Positions 29,059 through 37,533 of a DNA stretch of 64,000 nt are shown in pieces. Position 1 is the stretch's first letter; the number at the start of each line of letters is the position of its first letter. A program made the position numbers and the translations under genes. A model generated the notes under the pieces. It had not been told where the DNA came from. It was given only the letters and a program-made list of their open reading frames with translations, and searched no databases. This DNA is from an uncultured virus (IMG/VR IMGVR_UViG_3300035190_000132) (lineage: Duplodnaviria > Heunggongvirae > Uroviricota > Caudoviricetes): the IMG/VR virus record IMGVR_UViG_3300035190_000132. The stretch is one strand, 5' to 3'.

Positions 29059-29520
29059 ATGTTAAGGATTGGAATAGACCCCGGCCTGTCTGGCGCCATA
29101 GTTTTTTCGCGTGATGAATCTCCTGTTGAGTGGCACAAGATGCCAACAATGAAGATTGGTGCTGCTAACAGAGTGAATGCGGCAGCGTTGGCAAGAATCA
29201 TTAAGGCGCGTATGTATGGGGATGATGACATCAGGGCGTATGTTGAGCTGGTGGGCAGTATGCCGGGCCAAGGGGTGGCTTCAATGTTTTCGTTTGGTCA
29301 CTCGGCTGGCGTGATCCAAGGTGTACTGGGTGCGTTTGAAATTCCTGTGGTGATGGTTACGCCTCAAGCATGGAAAAAGCGCGCTGGGTTGATGGGTAAA
29401 GATAAAGATGCGTCAAGGACATTGGCCATCCAGATGTGGCCTTACTGGCGTGAGCTGGACAAGAAGGGCGTGGGTCAGGCCTATGCTGATGCAGCATTCA
29501 TTGCGCTTTACGGAGATTGA
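29059..29520 (+). CDS. RuvC-like Holliday junction resolvase
   Basis: IGIDPGLSGA, YVE, QGVASMFSFG, VTPQAWKK, ADAAFIA. Confidence 0.85.
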   Translation: MLRIGIDPGLSGAIVFSRDESPVEWHKMPTMKIGAANRVNAAALARIIKARMYGDDDIRAYVELVGSMPGQGVASMFSFGHSAGVIQGVLGAFEIPVVMVTPQAWKKRAGLMGKDKDASRTLAIQMWPYWRELDKKGVGQAYADAAFIALYGD

Positions 29521-29576
29521 TGTAGAATTAACTCCGGCTTCTTTGCAGTTGCCATCTCCTTTGTTGGATTGTCCTT

Positions 29577-29609
29577 AATCCCTGAGCTAACCCCTCGGGG
29601 ATTTTTTTT
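29577..29609 (+). terminator. Rho-independent terminator
   Basis: AATCCCTGAG / CTCGGGGATT stem followed by a T-run. Confidence 0.7.
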
Positions 29610-29619
29610 CATAAGGGTA

Positions 29620-29648
29620 TTGCACAACGCAAATATCTTTGATATAAA
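29620..29648 (+). promoter_or_regulatory. Sigma70-type promoter
   Basis: TTGCAC-17 bp-TATAAA with TGn extension. Confidence 0.6.
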
Positions 29649-29655
29649 CGGGTTG

Positions 29656-29775
29656 TTGCTGTCGGAGGCAATGGATTAGGCTGTTTAGATGTGCGTTCCG
29701 CTTTACTTAATGCTTTCTGTGGGGAGAGTCATTAAGCAAGGCTCCGACCGGGCGCACTTCTAAGCAGCCTTTTTT
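29656..29775 (+). ncRNA. Candidate structured small RNA / attenuator
   Basis: Long nested hairpin closed by AGGCTGTTTAGA/TCTAAGCAGCCT plus T-run; CTCCGAC is complementary to upstream GTCGGAG. Confidence 0.55.
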
Positions 29776-30214
29776 GTTTTTGAGACTGGGATTGTGTTGC
29801 GGGTTAGCGCCGCAAGCTCCTAAAGTGGACGAAATGTAGTTTTGAAAAACACTGCTTCATGTGAACGTCCCAGTCTCTCCTCCTACGCAGCCGTCAGAGC
29901 GCGTTAGCTAATGGCCTGTATGGGCTGAACTCAAGAAACACAAGAACCTCGGCGTGACCCGCGCCTCCAAGTAGAGTAATCGAACGGAATAAACAAGGAC
30001 GTCTTAAAAAGACACATACCCTAGTACGCTGGGAGTTGATCGTTAAGGATGGTGAAAACTGACCTTATCGGGATCTCAGGGGAGGGCGGCTTGGCTGGCC
30101 GGTAGCTCATTTAACAACTGGGCAAAGCTCCTTGATAAAGAGTCGAAGACTGTCCACCCCTTGGGGGGAGGGAGGGTCAACGGGTAAGAGGTTGTTTAAA
30201 TGATGATATAGTAG

Positions 30215-30244
30215 TTGACTCATCGTTAATTCATGAGTTATATT
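30215..30244 (+). promoter_or_regulatory. Promoter with overlapping inverted-repeat operator, upstream of the operon containing the Cas7-like locus
   Basis: TTGACT-18 bp-TATATT; ACTCAT-N9-ATGAGT at 30218-30238; AGGAGG RBS before ATG 30264. Confidence 0.5.
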
Positions 30245-30263
30245 CTTAAAACAGGAGGTAAGT

Positions 30264-30431
30264 ATGGAAAATGATACAACAAAGCGTTTCCCACGCACTA
30301 TGCACGAAGCGTTTAACTGCGATAGTGAACCCATCAGTGGGCCGTATGGACGCGAGCCAATCTGGCCGGCATATGCGATCTTCTTCATTGTGATTATTGC
30401 TGGGATCATTCTGTTCTGGAGCCATGTATGA
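30264..30431 (+). CDS. Small membrane protein (55 aa, not in ORF track)
   Basis: AGGAGG RBS; MENDTTKRFPRTMHEAF...IFFIVIIAGIILFW; stop overlaps the next ATG. Confidence 0.7.
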   Translation: MENDTTKRFPRTMHEAFNCDSEPISGPYGREPIWPAYAIFFIVIIAGIILFWSHV

Positions 30432-30706
30432 AAGCATTCCCAACACCAACATTTAGCATCAATGATGAAGCGCGTGTCACAGCTGTAGGCGGTGAAGGCG
30501 GTATGGATCTGCGGGATTACTTTGCGGCCAAGGCTATGCCAATCTGTTACCAGTATTGGATAAATGATTTTTACCATCCAGACCATCCAGATGCAGAGGA
30601 TAGAAATGCAGAGGGTAGAGATGACTTTGGTGGCAATACGATGAATTTGATTGCTGAATATGCTTACGCCTTGGCAGACGACATGATGAAAGCGAGGGAA
30701 GCATGA
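30428..30706 (+). CDS. Conserved phage hypothetical protein
   Basis: GMDLRDYFAAKA...AYALADDMMKAR motif. Confidence 0.75.
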   Translation: MKAFPTPTFSINDEARVTAVGGEGGMDLRDYFAAKAMPICYQYWINDFYHPDHPDAEDRNAEGRDDFGGNTMNLIAEYAYALADDMMKAREA

Positions 30707-31002
30707 AGCCCGGACAAGAAGCTTGCCTGCGAATGGCAGAGTACCAATACAAATGCCGCAATCAAGACATGATGTGGCGCTGGCTGTTTACTTGGGCATC
30801 ATGGTCTGACAATGTTAACTTCTTCTCTGACCCAAGGGTGCCCGTATTCCCGCCCAGAAAGCCCAAGAAGCGCTGGAAGAACCTGACCAATACAGAGACT
30901 TTGGCAATTATCAAGCAGCTACCCAGCTGGCCAACAGATCACCTGAACACATTCATCTTCAAGGTGCTGGTTGAGGAAAAGTTTAAGGAGAAGAACCAAT
31001 GA
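30703..31002 (+). CDS. Hypothetical protein
   Basis: Coupled ORF ending in KEKNQ. Confidence 0.6.
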   Translation: MKPGQEACLRMAEYQYKCRNQDMMWRWLFTWASWSDNVNFFSDPRVPVFPPRKPKKRWKNLTNTETLAIIKQLPSWPTDHLNTFIFKVLVEEKFKEKNQ

Positions 31003-31058
31003 CGTAAAAAAGCAACGACACCCAAAATAATTTTAATTTTTCAACAAAGGAATAAATC

Positions 31059-31724
31059 ATGGCTACCAAACAAGTCGAAAACACATACGTAATTTCACCG
31101 CCCAAGTTCGCAACTGTGGATCTTTACCTTGAAGGTATTGCGCCTCTGGTTGTCGAGCGCTTTAGCAAGAAGGCCGAGCTTATGGCCAAGATGCAGGAGG
31201 GCAAGTCTGCAGGCAATAGGAAGGTGCGCGATGCCCGCGACTATGACAAAGAGGCAGAAGATGCCCGCTACCGCAGCATGGATGGCTGGGAGGGTGTGAA
31301 TGCTGCATCATTCCGCGCTGCAATGATCTCGGCCTGCCGATTGGTTGGCTTCAAGATGACGCTGGCAAAGCTCTCAACATTCGTTGAGGCTGACGGCTGG
31401 GACAAGCAAGATGGCATTCCACTTGTGCGCGTCTATGGCAAGAGTGATGTGTATACGGCTCACACCCGCAACGCTACTGGCGTAGTGGATGTGCGATCAC
31501 GCCCGATGTACAAAGAATGGGCAGTTAAGCTGCGCGTTCGTTTTGACATGGATCAGTTTAAAACTGTTGACGTAATTAACCTTGTGAGCCGTTGCGGCTT
31601 ACAGGTAGGGATTGGAGCAGGCCGGCCAGACAGCAAAGCAAGCGCTGGCTGTGGGTTTGGCTTGTTCCAAGTAGTGGAGAGCGACCGCGAGGAAACAATT
31701 AAATCCAAGTTTAGTATCCACTAA
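31059..31724 (+). CDS. Stand-alone Cas7/RAMP-like RNA-binding protein (Vipr-like effector)
   Basis: N-terminal strand VDLYLEGIAPLVV, GVNAASFRAAMISA (cf. Cas7/Csm3 IPGSSLKGA), C-terminal Gly-rich loop GIGAGRP...GCGFGLF; AAGGA RBS; abuts the pentamer array. Confidence 0.75.
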   Translation: MATKQVENTYVISPPKFATVDLYLEGIAPLVVERFSKKAELMAKMQEGKSAGNRKVRDARDYDKEAEDARYRSMDGWEGVNAASFRAAMISACRLVGFKMTLAKLSTFVEADGWDKQDGIPLVRVYGKSDVYTAHTRNATGVVDVRSRPMYKEWAVKLRVRFDMDQFKTVDVINLVSRCGLQVGIGAGRPDSKASAGCGFGLFQVVESDREETIKSKFSIH

Positions 31725-31731
31725 TCGCCGC

Positions 31732-32416
31732 AGGCGAGGCGGGGCTCGTACCGGAACGGTATGGCCCGGCCCGGCAAGGCAGGCATGGCGGGGCAACGCG
31801 CGGTGCGGATTGTCTGGGCGAGGACTGGCAAGGCATGGCAGGCGTGGCAAGGCGAGCACTGGTAAGGCCCGGTGCGGAGAGGTTTGGCGCATCAAGGCAG
31901 GCGGGGCGGAGATAGGCGAGGCATGGCTTCGTGAGGCGCGGCACGGAATGGCAGGACAGGCGTGGAGAGGCCCGATTTGGTTGGGCGGGGCAAGGCAAGG
32001 CACGGCAGGCATGGCCCGTAGTGGACGGGTTCGGTGGGGCGCGGTATAGCAGGTGTGGCGTGGCAAGGCATGGCGAAGCAAGGCGGGGCAGGCATGGCAC
32101 GGAGCGTCTGGGACGCGCGTGGTGGGGCGAGGCAGGCGAGGCTGGGCGTGTTACGGAAAGGTGAGGATTGGATCGGCAGGCACGGAGGGTTGCGGCTCGG
32201 TATGACTAGGCGCGGCATGGCAGGTATGGCTCGTTGCGGATTGGATCGGTCGGGAGTGGCGTGGAAAGGCAGGCACGGAGAGGCGAGGCACGGAGAGGTA
32301 GGGTAAGGCGCGGATCGGCAGGCAGGGCACGGATTGGATCGGCGGGGCAAGGCGCTGTAAGGTATGGCAGGCATGGCGAGGATCGGACAGGTCTGGCAAG
32401 GCGGGGATTAGCAGGC
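31732..32416 (+). repeat. Non-coding NN-GGH pentamer array, 14 units (candidate guide-RNA array, vrRNA-like)
   Basis: 125 in-phase pentamers, 105 ending GGC/GGT/GGA by my count, split into units of 7-11 pentamers by 15 AGGC/AGGT linkers. Confidence 0.9.
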
Positions 32417-32435
32417 ATTTAACAAGGAGAAACTT

Positions 32436-32891
32436 ATGGATGCAGAACGGAAACTACTAGAGAAAATGGCGCGGCGTAATGGCGGCGTTCTGATGATTGA
32501 CGATGTAATCATGGAGGCTGCTGATAAATCAAGCATTCTTCACAGCCACTTTGAATGGGATGATACTGAGGCGGCAATTAACTACCGAAGGGATCAGGCT
32601 AGAACCCTGATTCAACGGTGCCGGATTACGATATTGGCCGATGAGCCAACACACGTTCGCGCATTTGTCAGCTTACCAACTGACAGAAGCACTGGCGGCG
32701 GCTACAGGCTAATGGTCGATGTGATGACGGATGACTCTATGAAAGAGGAGTTTATCCATGATCTTAAGCTGACGATTTCGCGCTGGACTAAGAAGCTGCA
32801 CCTGATTGATTCAGATATTGCAGACTTGATTGTGAAGTTGGACTACGAGCTCAAGCAGCGCAGCAAAGCTCAAGAGGAGGCTAGGGCATGA
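32436..32891 (+). CDS. Hypothetical helical protein directly downstream of the array (candidate accessory factor)
   Basis: AAGGAG RBS 20 nt after the array; LHSHFEWDDTEAA..YR..QAR.LI motif. Confidence 0.75.
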   Translation: MDAERKLLEKMARRNGGVLMIDDVIMEAADKSSILHSHFEWDDTEAAINYRRDQARTLIQRCRITILADEPTHVRAFVSLPTDRSTGGGYRLMVDVMTDDSMKEEFIHDLKLTISRWTKKLHLIDSDIADLIVKLDYELKQRSKAQEEARA

Positions 32892-32923
32892 TATCAAAGT
32901 CAAGCTAAAGGAGAAAAACTCAT

Positions 32924-33127
32924 ATGAGTGAACCAGAATTAAATATATGGGAGAAGGCTATGGGCTGGCGCAAGCGGCAAATGGTTAAGTCACAGATCAA
33001 CGAGGTATCACAGAAGATACGCAACGACACAATCGAAGAGGTTGCCAAAGAGATAGAGAAAATGACGGCCTTTGGGCAGGTCACAATAGACAGTTTCACG
33101 GTTTACATAAGGAACATGAAGAAATGA
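32924..33127 (+). CDS. Hypothetical protein
   Basis: AAGGAG RBS; RNDTIEEVAKEIE. Confidence 0.65.
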   Translation: MSEPELNIWEKAMGWRKRQMVKSQINEVSQKIRNDTIEEVAKEIEKMTAFGQVTIDSFTVYIRNMKK

Positions 33128-33312
33128 ATGGATTTGCTAACCAACAACTATCAATCGGCAGCAAGCAGCCGGTACATCAATACAAGGAGTGCAATAGTTG
33201 CAATGAAATGAAACCACCAGAGGGTGGCATCCAACTAGGCCACACAAAATGGCACTGCGCCGCTTGCTGGGCAGGCCGCGCATCCAAAAGAACATCAACA
33301 AAAGGAAAATAA
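33124..33312 (+). CDS. Small zinc-finger protein
   Basis: CNSC...CAAC. Confidence 0.6.
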   Translation: MNGFANQQLSIGSKQPVHQYKECNSCNEMKPPEGGIQLGHTKWHCAACWAGRASKRTSTKGK

Positions 33313-34157
33313 TGACAACAGAAATTATTATTGAGAGAGTCAAGCTCCAAAAGATTCGTTTAGACGGCGGCACCCAGCCCCGCAAAGAAATTGACGAGCC
33401 CTTAGTCCAACACTACACCGAGATATTGCTTGAGGGTAAAGACACATTCCCGCCTATTGATTTATGGTTTGATGGCAAGTCCTACTGGCCAAGCGATGGT
33501 TTCCATAGGTTTCACGCACACAAGCGCGCAGGGTTCTTGGACATTGAGGCGGTCATCAATCAAGGCACCAAGCGCGATGCTTTCAAAGCCTGTTTAAAGG
33601 CCAACAGCAAGCATGGTAAGCCACGTACCCCAGAAGAACGCCGCTATGTGGTTCAGATGGCCTTGGAAGACATTGAATACGGTAATTCAACCGATGCTTT
33701 TATTGCCGAGCTATGCGATGTTTCCATTTCTACAGTTGGCCGTGTCAAAAAGATGTTGGGTTTAGAGAAGACATCTGTGGTTGACAAGAATGGTCGCAGA
33801 ATGAATACGACAAACATTGGCCGTTCAGCTGCGCCCCCTCCTCCGCCAGAGCCAGAGTACACCGAAGATGACAAGATGCATGAGCTGGCTATTGAGCAGA
33901 TCGCATTGACAGAAGAGAATACAAAGCTCAAAGATATGCTGGCCATCAAGACGCTGCCTGTGTCTGAGGAAGCGCGCGCAGAGGTTCAAGAAACCATAGA
34001 GTCGTTGCGAGCCGAGGTCAAAGACCTTGAGTTTAAGCTTCGCACAATGACCCAATCACGCAATGAATTCCAGAACAAAAATGCTGAGATGATCAAGCAA
34101 ATGAATTATTGGAAGAAGCGCGCTGAGAGGTCAGAAAAGGCACTAGAATCTAAATAA
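33312..34157 (+). CDS. ParB-N-like domain protein with HTH and coiled coil
   Basis: DGGTQPR, PPIDL, DGFHRFHA, ANSKHG, IAELCDVSISTVGRV. Confidence 0.75.
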   Translation: MTTEIIIERVKLQKIRLDGGTQPRKEIDEPLVQHYTEILLEGKDTFPPIDLWFDGKSYWPSDGFHRFHAHKRAGFLDIEAVINQGTKRDAFKACLKANSKHGKPRTPEERRYVVQMALEDIEYGNSTDAFIAELCDVSISTVGRVKKMLGLEKTSVVDKNGRRMNTTNIGRSAAPPPPPEPEYTEDDKMHELAIEQIALTEENTKLKDMLAIKTLPVSEEARAEVQETIESLRAEVKDLEFKLRTMTQSRNEFQNKNAEMIKQMNYWKKRAERSEKALESK

Positions 34158-34192
34158 ACCGAAGCCGGGCGGTACCCGGTAGGAGAAATCAA

Positions 34193-35665
34193 ATGCTCAG
34201 TTTAAGACCGCATCAAGCGGAAGTCGTGGAGAAGCTCGCTCAGGGTTTTAAGGATGGCCACACAAGCCAACTACTCTACGCACCCACAGGGTTTGGCAAG
34301 ACAGAGGTGGCGATGGCCATCATGCTAGAACAGGCCAAGCAGCTTAAGAATGTAGCGATGGTGCTTGACCGCATCGTACTGGTAAACCAAACCAGTACCC
34401 GCCTTGGTAACTATGGAATCAATCATGGTGTCATGCAGGCGGATCATTGGCGCTACAGGCCTTATGAAAAGATCCAAGTATGCAGCGCGCAGACACTAGA
34501 AAGCAGGGACAACTTCCCTGATGTGTCTATGCTCATCATTGACGAGTGTCATGTTCAGCGCAAGCAGATTGTTCAGTTCATCAAAGACCGCCCAGAGATG
34601 AAGGTGATCGGCCTCACGGCCACGCCTTTTACGAATGGGCTGGGTGATACCTACACGAATGTAGTAGGTGCCAAGCCTACTGGCGAGCTGATCGAGAACA
34701 AGTGGCTTACTCCGTTGAAGATCTACATTGCCAAAGAAATCGACATGACAGGCGCCAAGAAGGTTGCCGGAGAGTGGTCATCTGATGATGTGTCTGAGCG
34801 CGGCATGAAGATCACGGGCGACATTGTCGAAGAGTGGATCAATAAAACAAATGAAGTGTTCGGTGGCCCACGCAAGACAGTTGTCTTTGCCTCCGGTGTT
34901 GAGCATGGCCGCGACCTTGTGCGCCAGTTTAATGAGCGCGGTTATAACTTTGTGTCGATCAGTTACAAAGAGGATGACGAGTTCAAAGCCGAGACAATTG
35001 AGGATTTCAGCAGGCCTGACACGAAAATCAACGGACTAATTGCCACAGACATACTGACCAGAGGTTTTGACGTCCCTGATGTGATGATTGGCGTGTCGGC
35101 TAGGCCGTTTTCTAAGTCGTTCAGCAGTCATGTGCAGCAAATGGGTCGGATCATGCGGCCTTATGAGGGAAAAAAATACGGCCTGTGGCTTGATCATTCG
35201 GGTAATTACCTCCGGTTTAGGAAAGAATGGGACAAGCTTTTTGATGAGGGCGTGACCGAGCTGCAGAATGGCGCCGAGACTGCAAAGAAAGAGCCCACAG
35301 AAAAGGAAAAGACCGAGGCCAAGTGTCCGGCCTGTAAGACTTTATGGGTCTGGCCTGATCGGGTTTGTGGTGAGTGCGGGTTTGAGAAAGCTCAGAAGCA
35401 GCTGCTCAACGTGCCGGGCCAGCTGACAGAACTGGAGATTACTAAGCGCGAGGCCGTGTCTGAAAATCAGAAGTTTTATTCTGAGCTGATCTTCTTTGCA
35501 AAAGCGAAGGGATACAAAGAGGGCTATGCGGCTGTGAAGTACAAAGAAAAGTATGGCGTCTACCCCCGAGGGCTGCATACAAACCCCGCGCCAATTACTC
35601 ACAAAACAGTTTCATGGATCAAGTCGCGCAACATTGCTTGGCTTAAATCAAAGGGGAAAGCATGA
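34193..35665 (+). CDS. Superfamily 2 (DExH) helicase
   Basis: APTGFGKT, IIDECH, GLTATP, RGFDVPD, QQMGRIMR, C-terminal zinc finger. Confidence 0.92.
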   Translation: MLSLRPHQAEVVEKLAQGFKDGHTSQLLYAPTGFGKTEVAMAIMLEQAKQLKNVAMVLDRIVLVNQTSTRLGNYGINHGVMQADHWRYRPYEKIQVCSAQTLESRDNFPDVSMLIIDECHVQRKQIVQFIKDRPEMKVIGLTATPFTNGLGDTYTNVVGAKPTGELIENKWLTPLKIYIAKEIDMTGAKKVAGEWSSDDVSERGMKITGDIVEEWINKTNEVFGGPRKTVVFASGVEHGRDLVRQFNERGYNFVSISYKEDDEFKAETIEDFSRPDTKINGLIATDILTRGFDVPDVMIGVSARPFSKSFSSHVQQMGRIMRPYEGKKYGLWLDHSGNYLRFRKEWDKLFDEGVTELQNGAETAKKEPTEKEKTEAKCPACKTLWVWPDRVCGECGFEKAQKQLLNVPGQLTELEITKREAVSENQKFYSELIFFAKAKGYKEGYAAVKYKEKYGVYPRGLHTNPAPITHKTVSWIKSRNIAWLKSKGKA

Positions 35666-36447
35666 CCTTTGAAGAGTTTGCAAGGGATCATGGCCTCATG
35701 ATCAAAGACCTTGTGTTGGATCGCTGGGTGCGTGTTGGCACTGATGATCACCCGAGAAAGCAGAACGGCGCGTACATCTTTGATGGCCACAAAGGCGCAA
35801 TCATTAACTTTGCCGTACATGACAGACACATACTTTACAAATCTAGCGAGCCGTTCGTGCCCGATCCTAATGCTGCGGCCAAGCGTGAGGCGGCCAAGCG
35901 CGAGCACCAGCTGCGTCAGCGTAAGGCTGCAGATAAGGCCGCATTCATTCTGAACAATGCCGTCAAGCAGCAGCACCCCTACTTGATCCGCAAAGGGTTT
36001 CCTGATCGAGGCCTAGTGTGGAATGATCTACTGGTGTTGCCAATGAGGGTGGGTCAGCACTTGGTTGGGTGCCAGCTCATTCAGGAAGACGGCACAAAAC
36101 GCTTTTTGTCAGGGCAACAGACCAAAGGCGCCAGTCTGGTCATTGATGCCAAAGGCCGCAATATTCTGTGTGAGGGGTTTGCCACGGGTATGTCTGTGCG
36201 TAGGGCAATGAAGTATTTGCGCGAACGCTATACGATTCATGTGTGTTTCTCTGCGGGGAATATGCTAGAAATCGCCAAGGGTGTTCGTGATCCACTAGTG
36301 ATTGCCGATAACGATGCTATGGGCGTGGCCACGGCCAAAAAAATAGCCTCGGTCTACTGGTTAGGCGAGGCTGGAGAGGACTTCAACGATACCGAGCAGA
36401 GGATTGGCACCCAGTTGGCTGCCGAATCCCTGCGCGGGTTTTTGTAA
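35662..36447 (+). CDS. TOPRIM-domain primase-like protein
   Basis: HPYLIRKG, ILCEGFATG, IADND, EDFND. Confidence 0.85.
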   Translation: MTFEEFARDHGLMIKDLVLDRWVRVGTDDHPRKQNGAYIFDGHKGAIINFAVHDRHILYKSSEPFVPDPNAAAKREAAKREHQLRQRKAADKAAFILNNAVKQQHPYLIRKGFPDRGLVWNDLLVLPMRVGQHLVGCQLIQEDGTKRFLSGQQTKGASLVIDAKGRNILCEGFATGMSVRRAMKYLRERYTIHVCFSAGNMLEIAKGVRDPLVIADNDAMGVATAKKIASVYWLGEAGEDFNDTEQRIGTQLAAESLRGFL

Positions 36448-36487
36448 GTTTCGTGAAAGGTTCACATCTGTCACTGACAGAAGTGGA

Positions 36488-36670
36488 TCAGGCCTCCTCG
36501 GTTTCGGATGGCTGGATTTCGATTGTGTCTTGCTGATAAGTTTCGAACACGCCGAACTCTTCGGTAAGACTAAAATAATTGTTTGCCACTTGATAGGCCT
36601 CGTCTTCGGTGTCGGCCTCAACTGTGTAGGTTTTGGTGACAATAGCCTGAATTGTTACATCGTATTTCAT
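36488..36670 (-). CDS. Hypothetical protein
   Basis: YTVEADTEDEA motif common in small phage proteins. Confidence 0.6.
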   Translation of the reverse strand: MKYDVTIQAIVTKTYTVEADTEDEAYQVANNYFSLTEEFGVFETYQQDTIEIQPSETEEA

Positions 36671-36674
36671 GGGT

Positions 36675-36860
36675 TTACTCCGTTAAAGAAATTTCAAGGT
36701 CAGCCATCTTTTGCTTTTGTTCAATGATGAATTCTTGTAAGTTCTCGAATTCTTCAAAGTCTTCAAGCTTGATCGCTGCACAATCCAGCTTTTCCAGTAG
36801 GTCGCTCAAATCAAAATAAACGCATTGAATTTGCTCAATAATCATCTTAGATACAGTCAT
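36675..36860 (-). CDS. Hypothetical protein
   Basis: GGAG RBS upstream on the minus strand. Confidence 0.55.
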   Translation of the reverse strand: MTVSKMIIEQIQCVYFDLSDLLEKLDCAAIKLEDFEEFENLQEFIIEQKQKMADLEISLTE

Positions 36861-37011
36861 GATTTAAAAATCTCCGTTTGTTGAGTTAAAAAATAGCCTC
36901 GTTTTACTGGCTTGAATAGTTGGATAAATAGCCTCGTGCTGCCAGCTTGTGCGCTGGTCTTGCGGGCGGCCTGTCCGGCCCGGGGGCCGGTGCGTGGTGG
37001 GCGGCGGGCGG

Positions 37012-37200
37012 TTAGTGCTGGCCTTCGTTATAACCCAGCACATAAAGGCGCCGGGCCTCGGCCCTGTCGGCTTCTGCTTCAAGGGCCAGCAGCAGATCAA
37101 AATTTTGGATTGCAGCCCGGGCGCGCGCTGCGCTTCCGGCTTTGATGGCTCGGGCCACTTTGTAACCGGCTTGAATATAGGTGTGTTCAGTTTGCTTCAT
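37012..37200 (-). CDS. Hypothetical early protein
   Basis: MKQTEHTYIQAGYK...; GAGG RBS upstream. Confidence 0.55.
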   Translation of the reverse strand: MKQTEHTYIQAGYKVARAIKAGSAARARAAIQNFDLLLALEAEADRAEARRLYVLGYNEGQH

Positions 37201-37533
37201 GATGGGCCTCAGTTGAATAAAATTTTGCACAGCTGCGCGGTGGTGCGGCCCGTCATGATGGCCAGCTGCTGCAGCGTTAACCCGGGCCGGGGCCCGTAGT
37301 AATAGTTGATTATTTCTTGGTCTGTCATGATTGACTCCATGCGGAAAGCAGCGGGCCGGCGTTGTAGGCCGGCGCTGCAGGGTTTGAGAATAGGCCCGGG
37401 CCGTGGGTACGGCGGCCCCAAGCGTCACGGGCTGCAAGGTTTACCAATTGCCCGCGTTTAACTGCGTTATAAACTTGGTCGCGCGTGTATCCATCGGCCA
37501 GCAGCTGGGCCATGGTGCGCGGTTCTGTGATGT

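Noticed and set aside
31732..32416. Canonical CRISPR array or simple microsatellite
   Set aside because: No 23-47 nt identical repeats with unique spacers and no cas1/cas2. Variation is concentrated in two of five positions with regular linkers, unlike a slippage satellite.
31599..32422. Many overlapping Arg/Gly- or Pro/Cys/Ala-rich ORFs on both strands
   Set aside because: They arise from the stop-poor 5-nt periodic array; no RBS, and the period is not a multiple of 3.
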